Positions 55,250 through 64,000 of a stretch of 64,000 nt of DNA are shown in pieces. This DNA is from Planctomicrobium piriforme (lineage in GTDB: Bacteria; Planctomycetota; Planctomycetia; Pirellulales; UBA1268). A model generated the notes under the pieces. The model ran no database searches and had not been told where the DNA came from. It saw only the letters and a list, made by a program, of their open reading frames with translations. The stretch is from NCBI GenBank assembly GCA_945871035.1, contig CAMBUD010000007.1, positions 1,530 to 65,529 on the forward strand, written 5' to 3'. Positions within the stretch are counted from its first letter, which is position 1, and each line of letters opens with the position of its first letter. Both the position numbers and the translations under genes were made by a program.

Positions 55250-56755
55250 ATGCCCGATCATGCTATTTCACCAACACGCGCTGAGGACTACCCCGAGTGG
55301 TACCAACAGGTCATTCGTGCTGCCGATCTGGCGGAGCAATCACCGGTGCGTGGATGCATGGTGATCAAGCCGCACGGCTATGCAATCTGGGAACACATGC
55401 AGGCAATCCTCGATCGCATGTTTAAGGAGACCGGACACCAGAATGCCTATTTCCCTCTATTCATTCCGCTCTCCTATCTTGAAAAGGAAGCGCAGCATGT
55501 TGAGGGATTTGCCAAGGAATGCGCTGTTGTCACGCATCATCGCCTGGAACTCAACGCCGAAGGCAAACTGATTCCTACCGGCAAACTTGAGGAGCCGCTC
55601 GTTGTGCGACCTACCAGCGAAACAATCATCGGTGCCATGTACGCCAAGTGGATCCAATCGTGGCGCGATCTGCCTGTCTTGATCAACCAGTGGGCTAATG
55701 TGGTGCGTTGGGAGATGCGTCCGCGACTTTTTCTTCGGACGGCAGAGTTCCTCTGGCAGGAAGGGCATACCGCTCACGCGACCCGCGAGGAGGCGATCGA
55801 AGAAACCCTGCGGATGCTCGAAGTCTACGCGACATTCGCCGAACGTGACCTCGCCATGCCGGTGATCAAAGGACCGAAGCCTGCACAGGAGCGATTTCCG
55901 GGTGCAGTCGACACCTACTCAATCGAAGCGATGATGCAGGACGGCAAGGCGCTGCAAGCCGGCACCTCGCACTTCCTCGGACAGAACTTCGCTAAGGCAC
56001 AGGAAATGAAGTTTTCGAGTGTGAGCGGAGCGGAGGAGTATTGTTGGACGACATCGTGGGGCGTTTCTACGCGGCTGATTGGCGCGGTGATTATGACTCA
56101 TGCCGATGATGATGGACTCGTGCTGCCGCCACGCATTGCCCCTACGCATGTCATGATCCTGCCCATCCATCGCAGCGAGGAGGAGCGGACGGCTGTTCTG
56201 GAGTGCTGCCGAAAATTGGAGGCAGATCTTTTGGCATCGCGGTTTGCTGACGCACCCATTCGGGTACGGATTGACACTCGCGACATCCGCGGCGGCGATA
56301 AGGTGTGGCAACACATCAAGCAGGGGGTTCCCCTGCGCGTGGAGATCGGGCCACGCGATTTGGTCAGTGGCTCAGTCAGCGTTTCCCGACGCGATCAGCC
56401 CCCTAAGCAACGAGCAAGCATGTCGCTGGCAGAGTTCGTACAGACAGCGCCCAAGCTGCTTGAGGAATTACAAAACGGACTCCTGGAGAAAGCGCGGGCG
56501 TTTCGCGAGACCCACTCTGTGCGGCTGGCAACAATCGAATCGGTACTCGATTTCTTTGGGCCAGCGGAAGGACAGGGGGTTCAGGGTGGATTTGCCCACG
56601 TGCACCTTGCTGATGATCCGGCCGTAGCTGCCATTCTCGAACCGCATAAACTCAGCGTGCGCTGCATTCCGCTGGAGGGAGATGACGAACCGGGGATCTG
56701 CGTCGTGACCGGCCTTCCCACGGTCCGCAGGAGCGTTGTTGCGCGGTCCTATTAG
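55250..56755 (+). CDS. proS: Proline--tRNA ligase (archaeal/eukaryote-like class II type)
   Basis: YPEWYQQVIRAADLAE, RPTSETII and FLRTAEFLWQEGHTAH. I chose ATG 55250; the 54857 extension overlaps the divergent gene. Confidence 0.9.
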   Translation: MPDHAISPTRAEDYPEWYQQVIRAADLAEQSPVRGCMVIKPHGYAIWEHMQAILDRMFKETGHQNAYFPLFIPLSYLEKEAQHVEGFAKECAVVTHHRLELNAEGKLIPTGKLEEPLVVRPTSETIIGAMYAKWIQSWRDLPVLINQWANVVRWEMRPRLFLRTAEFLWQEGHTAHATREEAIEETLRMLEVYATFAERDLAMPVIKGPKPAQERFPGAVDTYSIEAMMQDGKALQAGTSHFLGQNFAKAQEMKFSSVSGAEEYCWTTSWGVSTRLIGAVIMTHADDDGLVLPPRIAPTHVMILPIHRSEEERTAVLECCRKLEADLLASRFADAPIRVRIDTRDIRGGDKVWQHIKQGVPLRVEIGPRDLVSGSVSVSRRDQPPKQRASMSLAEFVQTAPKLLEELQNGLLEKARAFRETHSVRLATIESVLDFFGPAEGQGVQGGFAHVHLADDPAVAAILEPHKLSVRCIPLEGDDEPGICVVTGLPTVRRSVVARSY

Positions 56756-56938
56756 TAGTCCGTTTTGGCAAGCATTTCTACGGCCTGCAGAGGGGACGTT
56801 TGCCAACTGGCACCACACTCTTTTGATGGCTTGAAGCGGTTTTATAATTTTGCCTGTCACCCCGCGAGCTTGAGTCGTGTAGAGTAGAGAAGACAGGGCC
56901 GAATGCGTTTTTGATAGTCTTTTCTCTGGAGGTGTGTC

Positions 56939-58042
56939 ATGTGTTGGCTGTCGAGAGTTTCGATTGTTGCTGCATTTATAAGTGTGTTAGTCGGCTCTGA
57001 TGCCACCACTGTCGCTGCACCGCTGGACCTCAGTCGCGTTGCAGCCGATTCCAAGTGGATGATGCATCTTGACATGGATGCCGCCCGCGATTCCACCATT
57101 GTGCAACGGGCCTATGAGCGGGCGACCAAAATGCACCCACATGCCGAAAATATGATCTCTATTTTTTCTGGAATGACGGGCATGGATCCTCGTAAGGATC
57201 TGCATGATGTTACCGTTTACGGCTTTGACACTGACAAACGCAATGCTGTGATGATTGTCTGTGCCGATGCCAAACGAGAATTCTTGAACAAGATGGTGGA
57301 GAAAGCGGCCAATCATAAAAAAACTGAATACCGTTCCTACACGTTGCACAGTTGGACTCAGAAAGGCTGGCCGCGCGGCTGGTCCGGTTCAGTTGTGGGA
57401 GCGTTTTTTAAGGACAGCATCATGGTCTTTGCCCGCACAGAGGCTGGCGTACAGGCGGCACTTGATCTGCTCGATGGTTCTTCTACAAAAAGTGTTCGCG
57501 CAACTGGCTCCATGCTGGCTGGCCGCACTCGGCCTGGATCGATTATGATCGCGCGATCCGTAGAAGTTGATCCAGACACTCGCTGCCCAGTGTTGAAGCA
57601 GGGTTCGGCTTTTCGTGTTGCCCTAGGCGAGAGCAGCGGTTCATTTTTTTATCGAGCCCAACTGGACATGAAAAATGCTGCGGCCGCTGGGCAGGTTGAA
57701 GATGTCGTAAAAGGCTTTATTGCACTGGCTTCACTCAAATACGGTAGCGATGAGAACACTACTAAACTCCTTGCAGACCTTGGGGTCGAGACCGACGGTA
57801 ATGCCTGCAAAATTTCTTGGAATGCTCCCGCTGATGGTGTTTGGAAATGGATGGACAAAGCGGCCGCAACGTGGGAGGAAAAGCGGCGGCAGTGGAGCGG
57901 CAAAGGACGCATGCAGAATGGGTGCCCGGATTGCGAAAAAGATGGTTGCAGGGGCTGCCAGTCAGCCGGAAGATGTCCTCTTGAGGGTGGCCAGGCAGGG
58001 GCTCATGATGCTGAAAAACCGCTTGCGGAAGATGAGTTTTAA
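56939..58042 (+). CDS. Secreted protein with C-terminal Cys cluster, unknown function
   Basis: Signal peptide MCWLSRVSIVAAFISVLVGSDA and C-terminal GCPDCEKDGCRGCQSAGRCP. Confidence 0.5.
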   Translation: MCWLSRVSIVAAFISVLVGSDATTVAAPLDLSRVAADSKWMMHLDMDAARDSTIVQRAYERATKMHPHAENMISIFSGMTGMDPRKDLHDVTVYGFDTDKRNAVMIVCADAKREFLNKMVEKAANHKKTEYRSYTLHSWTQKGWPRGWSGSVVGAFFKDSIMVFARTEAGVQAALDLLDGSSTKSVRATGSMLAGRTRPGSIMIARSVEVDPDTRCPVLKQGSAFRVALGESSGSFFYRAQLDMKNAAAAGQVEDVVKGFIALASLKYGSDENTTKLLADLGVETDGNACKISWNAPADGVWKWMDKAAATWEEKRRQWSGKGRMQNGCPDCEKDGCRGCQSAGRCPLEGGQAGAHDAEKPLAEDEF

Positions 58043-58078
58043 ACGCCCCCGCTCAAATATCTGTTGCGTTGGGAGTCG

Positions 58079-59287
58079 ATGAACTTGCGGGCACCGAATA
58101 CGTGGACGGTAGCAGGCCTCTCCCTTTTTGTTGGGGCCTTAGTTGGCGTCAGTGCGGCGCTGCTTGAGTCAGCGTCTCGACCTTGGCGCATCGGTGAATT
58201 TATCCCTGCTACAATCAATCGGCCGGGAGCTGCAGTTGCGGAAGTGGAGGTGCTGCAAACCGTTTATGACTTTGGGTCAGTTGGGCTTGGAGTAACGGGT
58301 TTTCATGAATTTGTCATTGGCAACACAGGCACTGCGCCGCTCTCACTCAAGCGTGGTGCCACGAGCTGTATCTGTACCGTCAGCGACTTCGAGACGATCG
58401 ATGGAAAATCGTCGGTTGCAGAAAAGATAGTTGCTCCAGGAGCCACCACTAAGGTGAAGGTGCAGTGGCGTGGCAAGGGAGAATCGGGCCCCTTTCGCCA
58501 GAAAGCAACGATTCTCACGAACGATCCTCGACGAGAGGAAATCGCGTTTGTGGTGGAGGGATCGGTTGTGCCAACGTGGAAAGCGGCACCAGAGGCAATC
58601 GTTTTAACAAACGTCTCCCGGAGTAGCGGTCAACGTGCAACTGTAAAAATCTTCACTTTTGGTCCTCAACCTCCCGAAGTCGATACGCTGACGGTGAGTC
58701 ATACGACCGGCCCGCAGGCTGCCCAGCTTTTCTCTCTTTCCACTGCGTTGCTTGATCCTGCTGAAATCAAAGCCGAAACGGGGGCAACGGGGGGTTTTCT
58801 TCTGTCCGTGGATGTGCAACCGGGACTGCCAATTGGGCCGCTCAGGCATACGATCCAGATGGTATTTCGGATCCCTGAGGAGGTGACTGCAGAAGTGCCG
58901 CTGGTTGGAGAAGTTACCGGTGATCTTGCGTTGGCGGGGACGGCGTGGGATTCCTCTCGTCAGGCATTATCACTGGGAACGGTTTCCAGTCGCTCTGGAT
59001 TGCACACGCAACTATTTCTAACGGTCAAGGGTCCACACCGCATAGCGGTGCGGCCGGTTGTCCGCGAGGTTGTTCCGCAATCACTTGAAGTCCTTATCGG
59101 AGAAGCAAAACCCGTCGGTAACGGTGCCGTTCTACGAATTCCAATCACTGTTTCTGTTGCTCCCGGTAGTCCCACGGTCAACCATCTCTGTTCACCGCAA
59201 GCACCAGCCGGAAAGATTGTGCTTGAGACAGCTCATCCCGACACTCCCACTCTGACGATTCCTGTCTGTATCGCCATTGGACCGTAA
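58079..59287 (+). CDS. Membrane-anchored DUF1573-domain protein
   Basis: N-terminal TM helix (WTVAGLSLFVGALVGVSAALL) and DUF1573 signature YDFGSVGLGVTGFHEFVIGNTGTAPLSLKRGATSCICTV. ATG 58079 is preferred over TTG 58064. Confidence 0.7.
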   Translation: MNLRAPNTWTVAGLSLFVGALVGVSAALLESASRPWRIGEFIPATINRPGAAVAEVEVLQTVYDFGSVGLGVTGFHEFVIGNTGTAPLSLKRGATSCICTVSDFETIDGKSSVAEKIVAPGATTKVKVQWRGKGESGPFRQKATILTNDPRREEIAFVVEGSVVPTWKAAPEAIVLTNVSRSSGQRATVKIFTFGPQPPEVDTLTVSHTTGPQAAQLFSLSTALLDPAEIKAETGATGGFLLSVDVQPGLPIGPLRHTIQMVFRIPEEVTAEVPLVGEVTGDLALAGTAWDSSRQALSLGTVSSRSGLHTQLFLTVKGPHRIAVRPVVREVVPQSLEVLIGEAKPVGNGAVLRIPITVSVAPGSPTVNHLCSPQAPAGKIVLETAHPDTPTLTIPVCIAIGP

Positions 59288-59293
59288 CCGCAC

Positions 59294-60898
59294 ATGATGA
59301 CTTGCCGACTATTTTATTTTGCTGTTTGTGCAGCCAACGTGCTCTTCTACGGCGCAACCAGCGTCCTGTTTGTCGCCCGGCAAGCGTGCGCCGATGAGTC
59401 GACGAGAGCCGTTGCAGTAGCGACTGCCGTTCCAACTCGTGGGATGGATGTTACCGATGCCATTGTGGAAACTTTTCAGCAGCGCAATGGCCCTATTTTC
59501 GAAGACTGGAAGAAGCCTCGTGCGCTGCTCGTCATTACCGGTGAACTGAATGGGTACATCGAGCCCTGCGGTTGCACTGGAAAAGAAAACCAGAAAGGTG
59601 GCCTCAGCCGTCGCCAAAATTTTTTGCGGGCCGTTCAAGCTGCAGGCTGGCCAATGCTTGCGGTTGATATCGGTGGACAGGTACGGCGTTTTGGCCGTCA
59701 GTCAGAGGTAAAATTTCAGTCCATCGCCGATGGCCTAAGGGCGATGGGTTATTCAGGGGTTGGCTTTGGCTCCGATGATCTGCGCCTTCCGGCCGAGGAA
59801 CTCATTGCTGCAGTAGCAGCCGTGGGCGATCAACCCTCTCCTTTTATGAGTGCAAACGTTGGACTACTCGGTCTCGATGCCAACATCACACCACGGCTAC
59901 GCATTGTGGAGGTTGGTGGCTTGCGCATTGGCATTACAAGTGTGTTGGGTGAAAAGGAGGCCGGGCAGATTCGCAACGATGCTATTGAAATTCTCCCGGC
60001 TGCCAAGGCATTAGAGGGCGTGGCTGCAGAACTGAAGAACTCCCAATGTTCGCATCAAGTTCTGCTCTCCTTTTCATCCCCTGAGGAAACCAAAACTCTC
60101 TCCGCCCGCTACCCACAATTTGACATCGTTGCGACTGCTGGAGGTGCCGATGAACCACCAGCACAACTCACACAGCTACCGGGACGGGCACAGCTTGTAG
60201 AGCTTGGCCACAAGGGGATGTTCGCTGTTGCCATCGGCTTTTTTGATAACCCGGCGCTGCCGATGCGCTCACAGCGCGTGCCACTCGATGCCCGCTGGGG
60301 TGAGTCAAAAGATATGATCCGACTCCTAGGCCACTACCAAAGCCAGCTTGAATCGCTCGGCCTAACGGGACTTGGTCTGGTAGCAATCCGACATCCGAGC
60401 GGTCGTCGCTTTGCAGGGAGTGCTGCCTGCGCCGACTGCCACAAACGGGCATTCGAAATCTGGAAGGATACTCCGCATGCCACGGCACTCCAAACACTTG
60501 AGGAGCAGTTCCCCAGTCGCGACAGTGACCCTGAATGCCTTTCATGCCACGTTGTTGGCTGGGCTCCACAGCGATTCGAACCATTCGAAGGTGGCTTTTC
60601 TGGTATGGAATCGACACCTCATCTTGCGCATCAAGGCTGCGAGAACTGCCATGGACCAGCTGCGTCTCATGCTGCTGTTGAGCGGGGCGATGTGCGTGCA
60701 AGCCTGACCGAACGCGACCGCCTGAGGCAGGAACTCGTTCTGTCCATCGACACTCCAGAAGGAAAGCAGCGGGCAACAAATAACTGCTTGGAGTGCCATG
60801 ACCTCGACAACAGTCCTGCGTTTGAATTCGATACCTATTGGCCACAGGTCGAGCACTCTACGACAGCTCCTCCTGACAACCAACCGGCTAGCAAATAA
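59294..60898 (+). CDS. Tetraheme c-type cytochrome (c554-like) fused to a degenerate metallophosphoesterase/5'-nucleotidase-like domain
   Basis: Signal peptide and four CXXCH motifs (CADCH, CLSCH, CENCH, CLECH). The N-terminal domain carries VITGELNGYIEPCGCTG where phosphoesterase metal ligands would be. Confidence 0.7.
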   Translation: MMTCRLFYFAVCAANVLFYGATSVLFVARQACADESTRAVAVATAVPTRGMDVTDAIVETFQQRNGPIFEDWKKPRALLVITGELNGYIEPCGCTGKENQKGGLSRRQNFLRAVQAAGWPMLAVDIGGQVRRFGRQSEVKFQSIADGLRAMGYSGVGFGSDDLRLPAEELIAAVAAVGDQPSPFMSANVGLLGLDANITPRLRIVEVGGLRIGITSVLGEKEAGQIRNDAIEILPAAKALEGVAAELKNSQCSHQVLLSFSSPEETKTLSARYPQFDIVATAGGADEPPAQLTQLPGRAQLVELGHKGMFAVAIGFFDNPALPMRSQRVPLDARWGESKDMIRLLGHYQSQLESLGLTGLGLVAIRHPSGRRFAGSAACADCHKRAFEIWKDTPHATALQTLEEQFPSRDSDPECLSCHVVGWAPQRFEPFEGGFSGMESTPHLAHQGCENCHGPAASHAAVERGDVRASLTERDRLRQELVLSIDTPEGKQRATNNCLECHDLDNSPAFEFDTYWPQVEHSTTAPPDNQPASK

Positions 60899-60919
60899 GG
60901 AAGGCCGAGCAGGGTCTCG

Positions 60920-61663
60920 TTAGCTGGGCAAAGCTTCGTCGGGGATATTAAAGTTTGCCGATACGCTCTGCACATCGTCGTGCTCGTCCAGTCGCTCCAC
61001 TAAATCCAGAATCTTTCGGGCCAGCTCGACATCCTCGATGTCCACTGTGCTCATTGGAATTCTTACGATCTCATTCGATTCAATTGATAAGCCTGCGTGT
61101 TGCATGGCAGCAATCGTTGCAGCCATGGTCTGAGGTTCACATGTCACCTCCCACCGGTCTCCACAAAGCTTCACATCGTCGGCCCCTGCTTCAATCGTTA
61201 GCTCCATCAGCCATTCCTCGCTGCAAGATGTTTGCGGCACACGCACCACGCCCTTGCGCTGAAATAGATACGCCACGCATCCTGTAGCACCAAGCTTTCC
61301 GTCGCAGACTTCAAAAATCTTGCGGATTTCTGGAGCCGTACGGTTTTTATTGTCGGTCAGAATCTCACACAGCACGGCCACGCCACCCGCTGCATATCCC
61401 TCATAAATCGACTCCTCGAGATTCCCTTCTTTGAGGTCGCCAGTGCCAGTTTTAATAGCCCGTTGGATATTTTCCTTGGGCATGCTCACTGCCTTGGCAG
61501 CATCGATCCCATATCTCAGCCGCAGGTTGGTATCTGGATCTGAACCCCCGTGCCTAGCGGCAACGATAATCGCTTTAGCAAGCTTGCTCCAGAGTTTGCC
61601 ACGCTTGGCGTCAATGAGGGATTTCTTGCGGGATATATTCGCCCAATGAGAATGCCCTGCCAC
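60920..61663 (-). CDS. yebC: YebC/PmpR-family transcriptional regulator
   Basis: AGHSHWANISRKK N-terminus. GTG 61663 was chosen; the track ORF (TTG) extends to 61678. Confidence 0.85.
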   Translation of the reverse strand: MAGHSHWANISRKKSLIDAKRGKLWSKLAKAIIVAARHGGSDPDTNLRLRYGIDAAKAVSMPKENIQRAIKTGTGDLKEGNLEESIYEGYAAGGVAVLCEILTDNKNRTAPEIRKIFEVCDGKLGATGCVAYLFQRKGVVRVPQTSCSEEWLMELTIEAGADDVKLCGDRWEVTCEPQTMAATIAAMQHAGLSIESNEIVRIPMSTVDIEDVELARKILDLVERLDEHDDVQSVSANFNIPDEALPS

Positions 61664-61769
61664 TACTCCTCCCCTCAAGTTTCTTTTCTGGTCTTTTGTT
61701 GCTACGAGTGTGCGTGTGGCTGTCTTTCCGTTTCAAAAATTCTTGCGGTCCGTAATGGCTATTTTGTGA

Positions 61770-63020
61770 TTAGCGAGGCTTTCGTTTGGCGAGCTGTATG
61801 GAGTGTCGCTTGGCAGACGACTTTTCAGCGGGCTTTAATTTTCCAGGACCAATTTTGTTTCCACTCTTCTTTGACTTGTTTCGATCTTTGGGAGCTCCGC
61901 GTTTGGGCGTACCACTTGTGTTTAGATTGGCGGATTTTGTAACGGGCCGCTTGGGAACTGCTGCCTTGGGTAACCGTGCTGTCCCGCCAGCCTCCCCGCG
62001 CAATGGAGCCCCGCGTCCTTTTACGGGAGCACTCTTCTCGGACACTGGCAAAACCGCAGGCTGCTTAACTGCCGGCGGCTTCCCCATATTCGGCTTTACA
62101 ACAAATGGTTTTGGTCCAGTTTTGCCCCCCACAATCGGCTTGCCATCGGCGGTGCGTTTTGGACCAGAACCCGGGGGTGGCAAAGGTGTCTTACCGGGCG
62201 GTCGTGCCGCCGCCTGAGGTCCAGCCGGGCGAAGTTCGTCTGCAGCTGCCTGCGCTGCTTCAGTTGCCTTCTGATTTTCTCTGCTCGGAGTCTGGGGCGG
62301 GGGATTCGGAGCAGCGAGAGGTTCGCCTCGTTTTGGAAAGCGCGTCTTCTCAGCAGGGTTGATCGCTTGCAATAGCTTTTTAACAGCTGATCCGTGAAGG
62401 TTGCGAACACAATCAGCACCAAACTGATGCAGTACTGAACCGAACTCTTGGCCAGCTTTCTTCGATACTAATCGTTCAATGCCCAACACTTTTTGGGCAT
62501 CATATTCCTGCTGCGTGACAATGCCGGTGAGATAAAGCGCTGAGATTGCCCCTAGATCGAGAGGGACGTAGTGCCCACCCAAGGCAGTCGAACTGACAAA
62601 TGCAGTAACGAATGGGGGAATGCCGTGCAAGTGCTCAAGCGTCTTGATGCCATGGGCAATGGAGTACTTCTTGGCATGCTCCAAAGAAAAACTATACGTC
62701 GATTCAAAAACACCCTGCAGAACACGTCGCAGTGCCAATGCCGCCCGTGGGGGATCCGGAAGTTCAACGAGAGACTCCGCCAACTCGGCCACAGTTGTCA
62801 CCCGAACTTCATTGAGGTCAAAATAACTTTCGCTGAGCCGAGCAAAAGCTTTTTCGGCACTATCGTACGGTGCATTCTCTAGACAGCATGCAAACAGCAC
62901 TTGCTCGAGCACGGATCGATTTGTATTCGGTGCAATAGGCTTATAGTGCGACTTGAGCACCTTCTGCATTTTAATGATGAGTTGCGGTCGTCCGGGTTGC
63001 TTTGGATTGGGTGCTTTCAT
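61770..63020 (-). CDS. HhH-GPD (endonuclease III-like) domain protein with ~190-aa Lys/Pro/Ala-rich basic tail
   Basis: N-terminal half LEQVLFACCLENAPYDSAEKAFARL...VTTVAELAESL...LEHLHGIPPFVTAFV; C-terminal tail GKTPLPPPGSGPKR...KRGAPKDRNKSKKSGNKIGPGKLKPAEKSSAKR. ATG 63020 lies 1 nt after the rbfA stop. Confidence 0.45.
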   Translation of the reverse strand: MKAPNPKQPGRPQLIIKMQKVLKSHYKPIAPNTNRSVLEQVLFACCLENAPYDSAEKAFARLSESYFDLNEVRVTTVAELAESLVELPDPPRAALALRRVLQGVFESTYSFSLEHAKKYSIAHGIKTLEHLHGIPPFVTAFVSSTALGGHYVPLDLGAISALYLTGIVTQQEYDAQKVLGIERLVSKKAGQEFGSVLHQFGADCVRNLHGSAVKKLLQAINPAEKTRFPKRGEPLAAPNPPPQTPSRENQKATEAAQAAADELRPAGPQAAARPPGKTPLPPPGSGPKRTADGKPIVGGKTGPKPFVVKPNMGKPPAVKQPAVLPVSEKSAPVKGRGAPLRGEAGGTARLPKAAVPKRPVTKSANLNTSGTPKRGAPKDRNKSKKSGNKIGPGKLKPAEKSSAKRHSIQLAKRKPR

Positions 63021-63021
63021 G

Positions 63022-63432
63022 CTAGTCCTCTGAATCTTTCTCTTGTTCAGCCGACACTGTTTTGTCCACCGTTTGAATTTCGGCAAGTGTTGACGGCAAT
63101 ACCTCGTTGAGCATCCGGGTGATCTCAATAGAACGCTTGACACCACCGTCGAGTTCAAATTTCAGTCGAGGTGTGTACCGTGTTTCAATCCGATCTGCAA
63201 TCTGCGATTGAAGAAAACCAGCTGAGCTAGCCAAACCGCGCAGAGCAAGTTGTTCTCGAGACGGACTGCCCATCACAGATACATGCACTGTAGCGGTGCG
63301 CATATCAGGGGACATCTCCACGCTCGTAACAGTAACATCTTGCACGCGCGGATCGCGCACCTGCGTTAAGATGGCCATGCTGACCACCTCTCGTACAGCC
63401 TCGGCAGCCTTGAGAAGTCGTCGTGTGCTCAC
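63022..63432 (-). CDS. rbfA: Ribosome-binding factor A
   Basis: RRLLKAAEAVREVVSMAILTQVRDPRVQDVTVTSVEMSPDMRTATVHVSV. The GTG at 63432 overlaps the infB stop (GTGA); the alternative GTG is at 63468. Confidence 0.85.
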   Translation of the reverse strand: MSTRRLLKAAEAVREVVSMAILTQVRDPRVQDVTVTSVEMSPDMRTATVHVSVMGSPSREQLALRGLASSAGFLQSQIADRIETRYTPRLKFELDGGVKRSIEITRMLNEVLPSTLAEIQTVDKTVSAEQEKDSED

Positions 63433-64000
63433 GAAAGCGTCCGTGCGACTTCCTCGATTCGGTAGCACTCGAGGATATCGCCCTCCTTGATGTCATTAAA
63501 TCCGGCCAACTTGATGCCACACTCAAGCCCATCTCGCACCTCGCGAGCATCGTCTTTCTCACGTTTGAGTGACTCAATACCGTATGCACCGACAATACGA
63601 CTGTCACGCGTAACACGCATGCGCCCATTACGGGCAATGACCCCAGCAATGACACGGCATCCGGCCACAACACCAATCCGACTGATGGCGTAAATACGTT
63701 GCACCATGGCACGGCCGAGTTCTGCCTCCCGTTTTTCCGGAGCTAGCATCCCCTCCAGTGCTTTTCGGAGATCGTCTGTTATCTGATAGATAATTTCATA
63801 CCGCCGAATTTGTACGCCGCGATCGTCCGCTAGCATTCGAGCTCGTTCATCCGGAACAACGTTGAATCCGATGATCACTGCATCGGATGCATCCGCTAGT
63901 TGCACATCTGCTTCGGCAACACCGCCGACAGTAGCCTGTAAAATGCGGATTTTAACCTCTGGATGCTCTAGCTTGGTGAGTTCCTTGAGTATTGCCTCAA
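63429..64000 (-). CDS. infB: Translation initiation factor IF-2, C-terminal part (5' end beyond window)
   Basis: AVIIGFNVVPDERARMLADDRGVQIRRYEIIYQITDDLRKALEGML and VAGCRVIAGVIARN. The frame is open to base 64000. Confidence 0.9.
   Translation of the reverse strand, partial: EAILKELTKLEHPEVKIRILQATVGGVAEADVQLADASDAVIIGFNVVPDERARMLADDRGVQIRRYEIIYQITDDLRKALEGMLAPEKREAELGRAMVQRIYAISRIGVVAGCRVIAGVIARNGRMRVTRDSRIVGAYGIESLKREKDDAREVRDGLECGIKLAGFNDIKEGDILECYRIEEVARTLS

Noticed and set aside
1-64000. Window-wide look for tRNA/rRNA genes, CRISPR arrays, IS elements with terminal inverted repeats, and prophage or defence islands.
   Set aside because: I saw no T-loop/acceptor-stem pattern in the intergenic regions, no regularly spaced direct repeats, and no transposase, phage or known defence gene signatures. 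The gene content is overwhelmingly housekeeping.

Overview
This 64-kb window is dense, mostly housekeeping chromosome with about 57 protein-coding genes. I found no rRNA, tRNA, CRISPR array, IS element or prophage. Gene content suggests a Planctomycetota (Pirellulales-like) genome, but this is inference, not a search result. The evidence is DUF1573 and DUF3500-like proteins, many TPR proteins, an ECF sigma factor with a giant anti-sigma partner, mcsA/mcsB, Tat and lipoprotein signals, and pathway genes scattered rather than in operons. Clearly recognisable genes are alaS (3' part), tpx, manA, rluB, pyrK, rpsT, cobA-hemD fusion, coaD, mcsB/mcsA, trpE, trpB/trpA, mutM, thiO, metH, xerD, exbB-exbD-exbD, serC-serA, gcvT-gcvH-gcvPA-gcvPB plus a lipoate ligase, rnr, a yhaM-like gene, proS, yebC, rbfA and infB (3' part). 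The parts most worth a second look are: (1) an orphan three-gene module at 23894-25665, made of a membrane protein, a Walker-A-degenerate BY-kinase/ParA-like protein and a short ExeA-like AAA ATPase; (2) a co-directional 9.6-kb block at 30719-40336 with an ECF sigma, a vWA/DUF3520 anti-sigma with a degenerate MIDAS motif, two secreted TPR proteins and ExbB-ExbD-ExbD, with no TonB or TonB-dependent receptor; (3) a putative extracytoplasmic redox operon at 56939-60898; (4) a roughly 540-nt non-coding stretch with four back-to-back perfect hairpins at 44501-44588; (5) an HhH-type protein with a histone-H1-like Lys/Pro tail in the infB-rbfA operon; (6) a catalytically degenerate, permease-less ABC ATPase coupled to trpE. 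All functional calls come from motif recognition by eye; no database search was run.
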